In this document: positions 16,587 through 26,153 of the stretch, piece after piece
How the letters are laid out: each line of letters opens with the position of its first letter
Numbering within the stretch: position 1 is the first letter of the stretch
Origin: Candidatus Eiseniibacteriota bacterium
GTDB taxonomy: Bacteria > Eisenbacteria > RBG-16-71-46 > SZUA-252
Length of the DNA: 37,809 nucleotides
Assembly: GCA_031370645.1 (NCBI GenBank)
Contig: JANMQV010000060.1
Span: 1-37,809 of the forward strand
Direction of reading: 5' to 3'
Notes under the pieces: model-generated
What the model saw: only the letters and a program-made list of their open reading frames with translations
Databases searched by the model: none
Told to the model about the DNA's origin: nothing
Program-made: the position numbers and the translations under genes

Positions 16587-17891
16587 TCAGGAGGTCCGGC
16601 CGTCGGGCGGAGACGGCGGCAAGGGAAGCGTGACGACGACGGTGGTGCCGCGGCCGGGAGCTGTCTCGGCGATGGCGATGCGGCCCCGATGGTACTCGTG
16701 CACCACGCGCCTCGCAAGCGCGAGGCCCAAGCCCCAGCCGCGCCGCTTTGTGGTGAATCCGGTGTCGAAGGCGTGACGGCGCTCTTCCGGCGTCATGCCG
16801 CGGCCGTTGTCGGCGACGCGGAGTTCGACGGCGCGCTCCTCGCGCTTCCATGCGACCGAAACCGATATCTTCCCGGCGGGCTTGTCGCTTGCGTCGAGCG
16901 CGTTCTTCAACAGATTTTCGACCACCCATTCGATCAACTGCGGATGGACCGCCACGCGGGGCGCCGGTTCGTATCGCTCCTCGATCTGGACCGACTGTCC
17001 GAGGTGCGGGAGTCGGTGGCGGAAGTAGGAAACGGTACCCGAGACGATCGTGGAGAAGTCGGCGAGTTCGAGCGACGGAGTCGAACCGACTTGGGCGAAG
17101 CGCGACGCGATCTTGTCCAGTCGATCGAGATCGCGCGTCATTTCGTCCACCACCGTGCTGACTTTCTCCGGCGCCAGCGTGCCGGCGGCGACCTGCTCTT
17201 TCAGCAATCCGGTCCAGCCGAGAAGCGAGGAGAGCGGCGTCCCGAGCTGGTGCGCGGTCTCCTTCGCGAGCGCGGCCCAGAGCGAGCGCTGCTCTCCCGC
17301 GAGAAGGCTCCGCCACCCCGCGAAGCCGAAGAGGAGGAGTCCCAAGACGACGCCGAATTCGAGATACGGGATCCACCGCAGGCGCGAGACAAGGGGCGGC
17401 TCGCCGTAGTGCACGTAGCCGAGGATGTCGGGATGCCCGATTCGAATGATCGGAATCGGCTCGTTCACCTGATCGAGGTCGGCGACGATATCTTGAAGTC
17501 GCGCCAGTTGAGGCGCGATGACACCGGTCGTGTCGGCGATGACGATCAGCGAGTCGGGAACGTCGGTCGTCTGGATTCCCACGTGCCGCCAGGCGCGAGG
17601 AATTCCCTTCGTGTCGGTCAGGATGAGGGGGAAGTTGATGTTCTGAACGACATCGCGATAGATCGGCTGCATTTCGGGAGATTCCGCCGCCTCGAACGTG
17701 GCCACCGCGAAGAACCGGGCGAGGACCGTGCAGAGGCTCCGCGCTTCCGAGTTCAGGCTGCCGATGACGTAGTTCGAATGCGCGACGAGCGCCATCATGA
17801 GGAGCACGATGGCGAGAAAGAGGTAAACCCGGAACGAGATCGGGCGAAGCGGTCGGCCCGCTCGAGCGGGATCGGCGGGGCGCGCGGTCAT
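16587..17891 (-). CDS. Membrane sensor histidine kinase
   Basis: Two TM helices flank a periplasmic domain; H-box AKETAHQLGTPLSSL, N-box ENLLKNALDA, G1 DNGRGM, F/G2 GFTTKRRGWGLGL. Confidence 0.95.
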   Translation of the reverse strand: MTARPADPARAGRPLRPISFRVYLFLAIVLLMMALVAHSNYVIGSLNSEARSLCTVLARFFAVATFEAAESPEMQPIYRDVVQNINFPLILTDTKGIPRAWRHVGIQTTDVPDSLIVIADTTGVIAPQLARLQDIVADLDQVNEPIPIIRIGHPDILGYVHYGEPPLVSRLRWIPYLEFGVVLGLLLFGFAGWRSLLAGEQRSLWAALAKETAHQLGTPLSSLLGWTGLLKEQVAAGTLAPEKVSTVVDEMTRDLDRLDKIASRFAQVGSTPSLELADFSTIVSGTVSYFRHRLPHLGQSVQIEERYEPAPRVAVHPQLIEWVVENLLKNALDASDKPAGKISVSVAWKREERAVELRVADNGRGMTPEERRHAFDTGFTTKRRGWGLGLALARRVVHEYHRGRIAIAETAPGRGTTVVVTLPLPPSPPDGRTS

Positions 17892-17912
17892 GACCGGAGT
17901 CGGCGCGGGCGG

Positions 17913-19187
17913 CTAGCCCGGCGCCAGTTCGCGCACTCCGTCGAAGTACGGAACGAGCGCATCGGGAATCCGCACCGTGCCCCGCTCCGTCTGGTGATAC
18001 TCGAGAATCGTCGCGAAGGTGCGCGGGAGCGCGAGCCCCGAAGCGTTCAGCGTGTGGACGAATTCCGCCTTCGCCCCCTTCTCGGGCCGATAGCGGATCC
18101 CCGCGCGGCGCGCCTGGAAGTCTTCGAAGTTGCTGCAGGAAGAAACCTCGAGCCAGCGATTTTCCCCCGGCGCCCACGTTTCCAGGTCGTAGCACTTCGC
18201 GGCCGCGAACGAGAGATCGCCCGCCGCGAGGAGAACGACTCGATACGGCAGTTCGAGTGCCGCGAGAATGTCCTCGGCGTCGCGCAGAAGCTTCTCATGC
18301 TCGTCGTATGATGTCTCGGGGCGGACGAACTTCACCAGTTCCACCTTGTCGAACTGATGAACCCGAACCATTCCGCGCGTGTCGCGCCCATAGGAGCCGG
18401 CTTCACGCCGATACGACGCGCAGTGCGCGGTCAGGTAAATGGGGAGTTGGCTCCCTTCGAGGATTTCGTCCTGGTAGATGTTCGTGACCGGCACTTCCGC
18501 TGTCGGATTGAGGAAAAGATCCTCGTCGGCGAGGCGGTACATGTCGCCTTCGAGTTTCGGCAACTGCCCGGTTCCGAAGAGCGACTGACGGCGGACGACG
18601 TGCGGCGGCGAGACTTCGGTGTAGCCATGCTTCGTCGTGTGGAAATCGAGCATGAAATTGATGAGCGCCCGCTCGAGCCGCGCTCCCCGTCCCGTAAAGA
18701 GGAGGAAGCCGCCGCCCGCGATCTTTCCGGCCCGCTCGAAGTCGAGGAGGCCGAGGGCGGTGGCGAGCTCCCAGTGAGGCCTCGGCGCGAAGTCGAGTTT
18801 CCGCGGCGTGCCGACCGAGCGGACGACGACGTTTCCGTCGGCCTCCGCGCGCGGCACCGATTCGTGCGGAATGTTGGGGATCCAGTGCTGCAGGGTTTCG
18901 AGCTCGGCCTCGATCTCGGCCAGGTGCGAGTCGAGCGCCTTGATGTCGTCGCCGACGTTCTTCATGGCCGCGACCGCCTCTGCCGCGTCCTTCCCCGCCT
19001 TCTTCGCCTTCCCGATCTCCTCCGACGCGCGATTCCGCTCGGCCTTCAGCGCCTCGACTCGGACCAGGATCTCGCGGCGCTTCTCCTCGCGAACGAGGTA
19101 GCGGTCGAGGTCGACGTCGGTCTTCTTGAAGCGGCAGGCCTCGCGAACGAGATCGATCTGCGCGCGAATTCGTTTCGGGTCAAGCAT
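17913..19187 (-). CDS. serS: Serine--tRNA ligase
   Basis: MLDPKRIR N-terminus, coiled-coil arm, [47 protein letters not shown]. Start taken at ATG 19187. Confidence 0.98.
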   Translation of the reverse strand: MLDPKRIRAQIDLVREACRFKKTDVDLDRYLVREEKRREILVRVEALKAERNRASEEIGKAKKAGKDAAEAVAAMKNVGDDIKALDSHLAEIEAELETLQHWIPNIPHESVPRAEADGNVVVRSVGTPRKLDFAPRPHWELATALGLLDFERAGKIAGGGFLLFTGRGARLERALINFMLDFHTTKHGYTEVSPPHVVRRQSLFGTGQLPKLEGDMYRLADEDLFLNPTAEVPVTNIYQDEILEGSQLPIYLTAHCASYRREAGSYGRDTRGMVRVHQFDKVELVKFVRPETSYDEHEKLLRDAEDILAALELPYRVVLLAAGDLSFAAAKCYDLETWAPGENRWLEVSSCSNFEDFQARRAGIRYRPEKGAKAEFVHTLNASGLALPRTFATILEYHQTERGTVRIPDALVPYFDGVRELAPG

Positions 19188-19196
19188 GGCCAAAAC

Positions 19197-19205
19197 ATTA
19201 TCACA
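19197..19205 (-). promoter_or_regulatory. Extended -10 element immediately upstream of serS
   Basis: Minus strand TG-T-GATAAT ending 9 nt before the ATG; no Shine-Dalgarno sequence. Confidence 0.5.
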
Positions 19206-19267
19206 CCTTGCGTTCGCGGGGTAGCGGTGGCGATAGCGATGGATGCCACATTCCTCCCCCGTCGCGA

Positions 19268-20434
19268 CTACGCCTGCCTCACGGCCTCCGTGATCGGCAT
19301 CATCGCGGCGCGGCGGGCCGGGAAGAATCCTCCGACCAGCCCCATCATCGCGGCGAAGAGAATTCCCGCCCCCATCATCATCGGCGTCACCTCGAAGCGG
19401 AACGCCAGCTCGCTGAACGTGGCGAAACTCATCGTACCGGTGGTGAAGGTGCGCACCGGGAGCGCCAAGAGGCAGCCGATCGCGCCGCCGATCACGCAGA
19501 GCGACACCGACTCGACCAGCACCGAGGTCATCACCGCGCCGCGCGAAAAGCCGAGAGCGAGGAGCGTGCCGATCTCCTTCGTGCGTGAAGCGACCGACGC
19601 GTACATCGTGTTCAACGCGCCGAAGACGGCGCCGAGCGCCATGATGATCGTGACGAAGAGTCCGAGCGTGCGAAGAAGGGTCGCCATCGCGCCCGACTGC
19701 GAGGCGTAGAACTCGTCCTCGCGGCGCACTTGTAGCGAGAAGCGAGGGTCGGCTTCCAGTCGCTTCTTCAACGCCTCGAAGTGGCTCGGATCGTCCATCC
19801 GGAGCGTTACATTTTGAAAGACGGGCCGGTCGAAAACCGGCATGAAGAGCTCCACGTCGCCCCAGACTTCGGACTCGTATGCGCTCCCATGAGCGTCGAG
19901 AATGCCGACGATCGCCCACTCACGGCCGGCCAACACCAACTTGTCTCCCAGACCGCAACTTCGGAATCGTTCGGAAACCATCTTGCCGACGACGATCTCA
20001 TTCAGCCCAGGCCGGAACATTCGCCCCGCGATGAGCTTCGCGTGCTCGCGAAGCGCGAGCGAGTGCGGCGAAACGCCGCGAACGACCACATTCGTCGTGG
20101 AGCCCGATTTCCGCACCAGGTTCCAGACGACGACCAACTCCGACGCGGCGAAGGGAGAGCCGTCTGCGGCTCGCGCGACTTCGGGCTGGGCCGAGATGGA
20201 GCTCGCCCCCTCGCGGGTGACGATACTCATCAGCTCCGAGGCGGCGCCGCTTCGGATGGCGATGGCATTCTTGGCGGATCCGGTCGTCCGGAGCGCCGCC
20301 TCGAAGCCGCCGGCGAGAGCGAGCGTGAAGATGAAGACCCAGGCGACCGCCGCGATTCCGAGCGCCGTCAGCGACGTGCTCGTGCGGCGCACCACGAGAT
20401 TCCGGATGCTGTAGACTAGCGGGATTCGAGCCAT
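19268..20434 (-). CDS. ABC transporter permease (MacB/FtsX family)
   Basis: N-terminal TM, periplasmic domain, [24 protein letters not shown]-terminal GFFPARRAA. Confidence 0.92.
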   Translation of the reverse strand: MARIPLVYSIRNLVVRRTSTSLTALGIAAVAWVFIFTLALAGGFEAALRTTGSAKNAIAIRSGAASELMSIVTREGASSISAQPEVARAADGSPFAASELVVVWNLVRKSGSTTNVVVRGVSPHSLALREHAKLIAGRMFRPGLNEIVVGKMVSERFRSCGLGDKLVLAGREWAIVGILDAHGSAYESEVWGDVELFMPVFDRPVFQNVTLRMDDPSHFEALKKRLEADPRFSLQVRREDEFYASQSGAMATLLRTLGLFVTIIMALGAVFGALNTMYASVASRTKEIGTLLALGFSRGAVMTSVLVESVSLCVIGGAIGCLLALPVRTFTTGTMSFATFSELAFRFEVTPMMMGAGILFAAMMGLVGGFFPARRAAMMPITEAVRQA

Positions 20435-20435
20435 G

Positions 20436-21584
20436 TCAGGCCACCTTCCGGAGCGCGTTCGCGATCTTCAGGCGGCCGGCCTGGAACGCGGGAACCATCC
20501 CGCTCACGAGGCCCATCGCCAATGCCAGGAGCAGCCCCCACCCGACGGTCGCGGGGACGACGGTGAAGTTCGGGAACATGCCGCCCGCGGTGAAGTCGAC
20601 GCGTTGGAAGATGAGCCACGCAGTACCGCACCCCACGAGTCCGCCCAAGAGCGAAACGAGGATCGCCTCCCCTCCCACCAGGCGAAGCACCAGACCGTCC
20701 GTGAAGCCGAGCGTTTTCAGAACAGCGATCTCGGTCGTCCGCTCCCGCGCCGCCATCATCATCGTGTTAATGGTCACGAGAAGAATGGCAAAGAGAATGG
20801 CGGAGCCGAGAATCGTGAGAAGGAGACTCACGTTTCCCATCATGGAGATGAACGATGCCTGAAACGCCTTTTCCGTCTCCGTCTTCGTGGGCTGCGAGCT
20901 GTTCGCGTAGAGCGCGTCGACGCGGGCGCTCACAGCGGCGGCCATGTCGCCGTTTGGAATCTCGAGCCAATAGATCCCGATCCAGCCCTTCCGCCCCGCG
21001 GGCATCGCTTCGTTCAAGTAGTCCCAGTGGAAGAAGAGTGTGTTCTCATCGACGTCGGCCGTCTTCCCCTTGTAGATCCCCCGGACGATGAACCGGTAGT
21101 CGCCGGGGTAGATCGTCCCCTTGATCGGAACGGTGTCGCCGAGCTTCCAGCCGAACTTGGCCGCGAGCGTGGCGCCGACGATGCACGACGTCCGTTCGGC
21201 CAGCCAGGCGGAGCGCTGCGCCTCTGGCATCTCGATCTCAGGGAAGAGTTTGAGAAACGTCGGCACCTCGACCGCGAACTGCGCGAACTGGTTCTTCGGA
21301 TCCTGATAGATCCCGCCGAACCAATTGCCGTACGACACCCCGGTGATTCCCTCCACCTGAGTCAAGCGGTCGCGGTAAGCCAGCGGCAGCGGAAAGACGA
21401 GCGACGCCGCATGACGCACGACGAGCCGCGTGTCCGCCGAGGCGCGGAGCGCCGCGTCGAAGGAGGTCATCACGGTCCGTAGCGTGCAGAAGAGAAAGAG
21501 GGCGATCGCGATCGACGAGATCGTGAGAAAGCTCCGCCGCTTGTGCCGCCAGAGGTGGGAGGCGATGTAGTTGAGAAACTTCAT
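20436..21584 (-). CDS. ABC transporter permease (MacB/FtsX family)
   Basis: RHKRRSFLT + TM, NTMMMAARERTTEIAVLKTLGF, C-terminal GMVPAFQA. Confidence 0.92.
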   Translation of the reverse strand: MKFLNYIASHLWRHKRRSFLTISSIAIALFLFCTLRTVMTSFDAALRASADTRLVVRHAASLVFPLPLAYRDRLTQVEGITGVSYGNWFGGIYQDPKNQFAQFAVEVPTFLKLFPEIEMPEAQRSAWLAERTSCIVGATLAAKFGWKLGDTVPIKGTIYPGDYRFIVRGIYKGKTADVDENTLFFHWDYLNEAMPAGRKGWIGIYWLEIPNGDMAAAVSARVDALYANSSQPTKTETEKAFQASFISMMGNVSLLLTILGSAILFAILLVTINTMMMAARERTTEIAVLKTLGFTDGLVLRLVGGEAILVSLLGGLVGCGTAWLIFQRVDFTAGGMFPNFTVVPATVGWGLLLALAMGLVSGMVPAFQAGRLKIANALRKVA

Positions 21585-22297
21585 CGCGCCACCGCCTGCT
21601 CCTTCAAGACTCCCTTCTCGAGATGGAGCGTCGCGTCGGCGCGCGAGGCGGCGTTCGGATCGTGCGTCACCATAACGATCGTCTTCCCCATCTCCTTGTT
21701 GAGCCGCTGAAGGAGGGTCAGGATTTCATCCGCGTTCTTCGCGTCGAGGTCTCCCGTCGGCTCGTCCGCCACCAGGAGCGTGGGATCGGCGACGATGGCG
21801 CGCGCGATGGCGACGCGCTGCTCCTGGCCGCCGGAGAGCTGGTGGGGATAGTGCCTGTCGCGATCTTCAAGGCCTACGAGCTCCATCGCCAGCCGCACTC
21901 GCTTCTTCCGTTCAGCCGAGTTGAGTTTGGTGAGGAGGAGCGGAAGCTCGACGTTTTGGTAGGCCGTGAGAACCGGAATCAAATTGTAGAGCTGGAAAAT
22001 GAAGCCAACGTGGCGCGCGCGCCAGGCCGCGAGCTTGTCGGGCTTGAGTGCTCCTAGCGACGCGCCCGCTACCCAGACCTCTCCGCGGGTGGGTGTGTCG
22101 ATCCCCGCGATGAGATTGAGGAGCGTCGATTTTCCCGATCCGCTCGGTCCCATGAGCGCGAGAAACTCGCCTCCCTTCACTTCCATGCTGAGTCCGGTGA
22201 GGACCGGAATTTCGATCTTGTCGCGCTGGTAGATCTTGTAGACGTCGCGCAAGCGGATGAGCGCTTCCGACGACGCCCCGGTTTCGGTCGGCGTCAT
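21581..22297 (-). CDS. ABC transporter ATP-binding protein (LolD/MacB-like)
   Basis: [45 protein letters not shown]. Confidence 0.96.
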   Translation of the reverse strand: MTPTETGASSEALIRLRDVYKIYQRDKIEIPVLTGLSMEVKGGEFLALMGPSGSGKSTLLNLIAGIDTPTRGEVWVAGASLGALKPDKLAAWRARHVGFIFQLYNLIPVLTAYQNVELPLLLTKLNSAERKKRVRLAMELVGLEDRDRHYPHQLSGGQEQRVAIARAIVADPTLLVADEPTGDLDAKNADEILTLLQRLNKEMGKTIVMVTHDPNAASRADATLHLEKGVLKEQAVAR

Positions 22298-23577
22298 TTC
22301 GATTTCCCCCCTGATTCACGAACCCGCACGCGGGCCTTGTCTTTCAATGTGGCCGGAGCCTCGACGATCACCAGCTCCCCAGGCGCCAATCCGCTCGACA
22401 CCGTCACGCGGTCCACGTCGAGCGGACGGGGTGATACCGGACGCGCCGCGGCACGGTTTTTCTCGACGACGAACACCATTGATCGCCCTCCCACGTCGCG
22501 CACCGCGGCGCGGGGGATGGCGACGACGGCCGCGAGCGTTGCGTCGGCGGCACCCGCCGGAGCGGCCGGCTCGAGATCGGCGAGAAACGCGACGCGCGAC
22601 CCCATCTCGGGAAGGACGCGCGCGTCGAGCGAATCGAACGCGACCTTCACGAGGACCGTCGCCTTCTGCCGGTCGGCGGTCGGCACGATCTGGCGCACGT
22701 GGCCGGCGAAGTGGACGCCGGGATAGGCGTCGAGCGTGATTTCGGCGCGCATTCCCTCTCGGGCGCGCGACACGTACCCTTCGTTCACGTCGGCTTCCAC
22801 TTCCAGCGTCGCGAGATTCGCCATCGTCACGATGGCGCCGCGCGTGAGGCCGCCGCTCGACGGAATGGGGCTCACGATCTCCCCGACTTCCGCTTCCTTT
22901 CGGAGCACGGCGCCGGAAAAAGGCGCGCGAATAAAGGTCTTCTCGAGATCGACCTCGGCAACGTGGAACTGCGCCTCGGCGTTCTGGATCTCGGCCGCGG
23001 TCCGGGCGACCCGTGCGCGATCGACCTTGGCGCGGGCCTCGGTGGCTTCGAACTCCGACGCCGAGATGAGCCCCTTCTCCTTCAAGTCGGCGCTCCGCTT
23101 CAGCGCCAACTCCGACTGATCGCGGTTCGCCTTCGCCTCTTCGTAGTTCGCGTTCGCGGAGGCGAGCGCGGCGCGAGCGGCTTCGACCGCGGTCCGCTGA
23201 TCCTGATTCCGGAGCACGCCCATCACCTGCCCCTTCTGGACGCGGCTCCCTTCTCCGACGTAGAGCGCCTCCAGCCGGCCGGCCGTCTCCGACGAAACCG
23301 AGGCGCGCTGCCGCGCGACCACGTAGCCATTGGCGGTGAGCACTTCGGATGCCGAAGCCGCGGCGCCGGGCGTGCCGCCCATAGCTTCCACCGTCGCGAC
23401 CGACACGTCGATCGGCTTCATGGCGCCCACGATGAAGAAGGCGGAGCCGGTGACGAGCACGACGACCGCAAGGCCGATCGCCATCCAGGTGCCGAGCCGA
23501 AATCTTTCGGGAGCCGGCGCGTCGCGGTCGATGGTGAGTCCGGAGAGATCGTGAATGGGGCGACGCCCTTCGGTCAC
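22294..23577 (-). CDS. Efflux periplasmic adaptor (MacA/HlyD family)
   Basis: N-terminal TM, lipoyl half-motifs VGEGSRVQKGQ and IRAPFSG, coiled-coil hairpin, PTADRQKAT, LPEMG. Confidence 0.93.
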   Translation of the reverse strand: MTEGRRPIHDLSGLTIDRDAPAPERFRLGTWMAIGLAVVVLVTGSAFFIVGAMKPIDVSVATVEAMGGTPGAAASASEVLTANGYVVARQRASVSSETAGRLEALYVGEGSRVQKGQVMGVLRNQDQRTAVEAARAALASANANYEEAKANRDQSELALKRSADLKEKGLISASEFEATEARAKVDRARVARTAAEIQNAEAQFHVAEVDLEKTFIRAPFSGAVLRKEAEVGEIVSPIPSSGGLTRGAIVTMANLATLEVEADVNEGYVSRAREGMRAEITLDAYPGVHFAGHVRQIVPTADRQKATVLVKVAFDSLDARVLPEMGSRVAFLADLEPAAPAGAADATLAAVVAIPRAAVRDVGGRSMVFVVEKNRAAARPVSPRPLDVDRVTVSSGLAPGELVIVEAPATLKDKARVRVRESGGKSK

Positions 23578-24551
23578 GCTGTGATGCCCTTCTCCGCGCG
23601 CACTTCCCGGACGGCCGCGACCATCGCTTCCAACTTCGCGAACGCCTCCTCCACGGTGCGCGTCTTCAGGCCGCAGTCCGGATCGATGTACATCTGCTCG
23701 GGCTTCAGGACTTCGAGACCGCGGAGGATCCCCTCCTTGATCTCGTCCTTCGTCTCGATCCGGTGGCTATGGACATCCAGCACGCCGTAGCCGATCTCTT
23801 TTGTGAACGCGTTCACGCGGAAGCGATCGAGCAAGTCGTAGCGGCTATTCGCCAACTCGAGATCGATCTGGTCGACCGGAAGGTCGAGGAGCGCGGGGTA
23901 GATCACGTCGAAGTCGCCGTAACAGATGTGCGTGATCGTCTTCGCCTTGATTCCCTGCGTCGCCCGCGCGAAGGCCTTCACCGCGAGCGGCAGTTCCTCG
24001 GGACGAACGGAGATGGCCGGCTCGTCGATCTGGATGTACTTCGCTCCCGCCTCTTGAAGCGCCAAGGCTTCGTCGTTGATTGCCGCGGCCAGGTCCATCG
24101 TCATCGCTTCGCGCGACGGATAGTGCTCGTTGAACGACCAGTCCATCATCGTGTAGGGCCCGGTCAGCATCCCCTTGATCGGGAGTTTCGTCTGCGACTG
24201 CGCGAACTTCCACCATTCGACCGTCCACTCCTTCGAACGGCGGATCGGCCCGACCGCGACCGGCTTCCTGTAGTAGCGATTACCGTACGAGCGGACCGGA
24301 TTCGAAATCGCGAAGCCGGGGGTCAGTTCGGCAAAGTAGGTGGTCATATCGCCGCGGTAGAGTTCCCCATCGACGAGAAGGTCGAGGCCGATCGCCTCCT
24401 GGCGGCGGATGACTCCGATCGTCTCCTCGCGCTCCATCTCGGCGAGTCGGTCGGCCGTCAGTTCACCGCGCGCGAATTGCTGGCGCGCCTTCTCCAGCTG
24501 GGGCGGTTTCGGGAAACTTCCGACGGTCGTGGTCCAGAGTCCGCGCGGCAT
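23574..24551 (-). CDS. metE: Cobalamin-independent methionine synthase, catalytic (C-terminal-like) subunit of a split MetE
   Basis: TTTVGSFPKP, DGELYRGDM, SYGNRYYR, KGMLTGPYT, IQIDEPA; Zn ligands in HICYG, DLE and PDCGLKTR. Start taken at ATG 24551. Confidence 0.88.
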   Translation of the reverse strand: MPRGLWTTTVGSFPKPPQLEKARQQFARGELTADRLAEMEREETIGVIRRQEAIGLDLLVDGELYRGDMTTYFAELTPGFAISNPVRSYGNRYYRKPVAVGPIRRSKEWTVEWWKFAQSQTKLPIKGMLTGPYTMMDWSFNEHYPSREAMTMDLAAAINDEALALQEAGAKYIQIDEPAISVRPEELPLAVKAFARATQGIKAKTITHICYGDFDVIYPALLDLPVDQIDLELANSRYDLLDRFRVNAFTKEIGYGVLDVHSHRIETKDEIKEGILRGLEVLKPEQMYIDPDCGLKTRTVEEAFAKLEAMVAAVREVRAEKGITA

Positions 24552-24553
24552 TG

Positions 24554-25537
24554 TTACGCCCCTCCCTTCGAGGCCAACGCCGCCGACGCGACGAGGCGTT
24601 CTAGTTTCTTCTCGGCCGTATCGGCCGGCAGATATTCGAGGCTCGCCGTGGGCGAAAGCTGGAAGTCGAGATCGGACCGCATCCCGCGCGCGCGTTGAAC
24701 GCCCGCCGCGACCGCCTCCGGCGTCTCGAGCCGCGTGTTCCGAGCATCGATCAGGCCGAGCCCCACCGTCCGCCCCTTGGGCACTTGGGGGAGAAGATCC
24801 CACCCCGCCGGCGCGCCGATGAGATCGAGCCCGATTCCGGTCCAATCCAGGTCGCGAATCGAATCGAAGACCGCGGTCGGCGCTCCGAACGGAACGTGAA
24901 GCATCGTCTTCGCGCGCCGTCCGGTCAGGAGCGACTCGAGCGCGACGCGCACCGCGCGAGCGTCGCCGGCGCGAGCATGTCCGAGCCACGGCTCCTCGAT
25001 GTGGATCCACGAGGCGCCCGCTTCCTCGAGCGCCTCCGCCTCGCGGCTCAGCGCTTCGCCGTAGGCGCGAGCCCCTTCGGTCGGATCGCCGTAGCGCATG
25101 TCCTTCGAGAATCGATAGAGCGAGTAGGGGCCGGGGAGGAACGCCTTCAGCGGGCGGGCGCTGAGCGCCTGCGCCTCGCGAAAATCGCCGGCCGTGATCG
25201 GGCTCGTCCAGCGAATCGGACCGACGATTTCCGGCTGGCGGTAGTAGGTATTGGTGTCGAGGTAGCGAAGGAGACCCGCGACATGGATCCCCTCGAAGCC
25301 GCGCGCGACGAACGTCTGCGCGTCGTCCCAGCCGGCTTGCCCTTCCATCGGAAGGTCGACGCCGATCCGGTTCTGAAGCTCGACCATCCGCTTCGTGGTG
25401 GCGCGGACGGCGGCGGCGACATCGGCGTCGGTCGCCTTTCCGGCGTCGCGACGATTACGAACGACGCGCAGGTTGACGTCCCCCGCGACGGTCGGAAGTT
25501 TCGGGTAACTGCCCGCTAGCGTGGTTTGGATCTTCAC
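24554..25537 (-). CDS. MetE N-terminal-like subunit (split MetE partner)
   Basis: GSYPK, RYLDTNTYYRQP, LPGPYS, IEEP, LGLIDARNTRLE, LEYLP; Zn ligands absent (HVPFG, PTAS). GTG start with AAGGAGG RBS. Confidence 0.85.
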   Translation of the reverse strand: MKIQTTLAGSYPKLPTVAGDVNLRVVRNRRDAGKATDADVAAAVRATTKRMVELQNRIGVDLPMEGQAGWDDAQTFVARGFEGIHVAGLLRYLDTNTYYRQPEIVGPIRWTSPITAGDFREAQALSARPLKAFLPGPYSLYRFSKDMRYGDPTEGARAYGEALSREAEALEEAGASWIHIEEPWLGHARAGDARAVRVALESLLTGRRAKTMLHVPFGAPTAVFDSIRDLDWTGIGLDLIGAPAGWDLLPQVPKGRTVGLGLIDARNTRLETPEAVAAGVQRARGMRSDLDFQLSPTASLEYLPADTAEKKLERLVASAALASKGGA

Positions 25538-25626
25538 GACTCCCCCTCCTTAGGACGGCGCGTGTGCGAAGTCCGCAAGAATATCACGAGGGGAGGGACG
25601 GGTCACCCGTCCGAACGGGTGCTCGG

Positions 25627-26085
25627 TTACGGTTTGGTTTCAGGCTCGCAGACGGGGCACCCCTTGTCGAAGATCACCCGCCACCTGCCGTCTTTCTCCA
25701 GCCGCCAAATGGAACTGAAGGTGTTGATCAGTTTGCCGTCCGGGTCGTGGACCGGGCCGCTGCTGAGGGCGAGCGTCCCGGAGTCGAGAACCTCGACCGT
25801 CTCGGGCTCCCACGAAAAGGGCGCGGCCGGTCCCTCGAAGAAACGGGTCCAGACCTCGACCACCGTGTCGCGGCCCCGAAGGGGGCCCTTGCCGCCGAAG
25901 AAGAGCGTCTCCTTCGAGACGTAAGTTCCGAACGCCTTCAGATCGCGGTCGGCCATCGTCTTCGCGAACGCTTTCTCGGAAGCGCGCACTTCATCCGCGA
26001 GCTCCTGATTCGTCTTCTTGGCCATCGCAGGCGCTGCAATCATGAGGAGCGCCACCCCGATCGCCATCCACCTTCCGAATCGCAT
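25627..26085 (-). CDS. Exported NTF2-like / DUF4440 (SnoaL-like) protein
   Basis: Signal peptide MRFGRWMAIGVALLMIAAPAMA; EKAFAKTMADRD, FSWEPETVEV, FSSIWR...WRVIFDKG; RBS GGAG before ATG 26085. Confidence 0.85.
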   Translation of the reverse strand: MRFGRWMAIGVALLMIAAPAMAKKTNQELADEVRASEKAFAKTMADRDLKAFGTYVSKETLFFGGKGPLRGRDTVVEVWTRFFEGPAAPFSWEPETVEVLDSGTLALSSGPVHDPDGKLINTFSSIWRLEKDGRWRVIFDKGCPVCEPETKP

Positions 26086-26153
26086 GCTCCACTCCCTTCC
26101 CTTTCGCCCCGCGGCGAACGCGCGCGCCGCCGGTCCCGGCCCGCGCGACAACA

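Noticed and set aside
17913-19187. serS as part of a selenocysteine locus
   Set aside because: SerRS charges tRNA-Sec but is universal. It lies 11 kb from the selenoprotein gene, and no selA/B/C/D is in the window.
25538-25626. SAM or cobalamin riboswitch upstream of the split MetE
   Set aside because: The gap is only 89 bp, with an extended -10 (TGaTATTCT) about 40 nt from the start, and no riboswitch consensus is visible.
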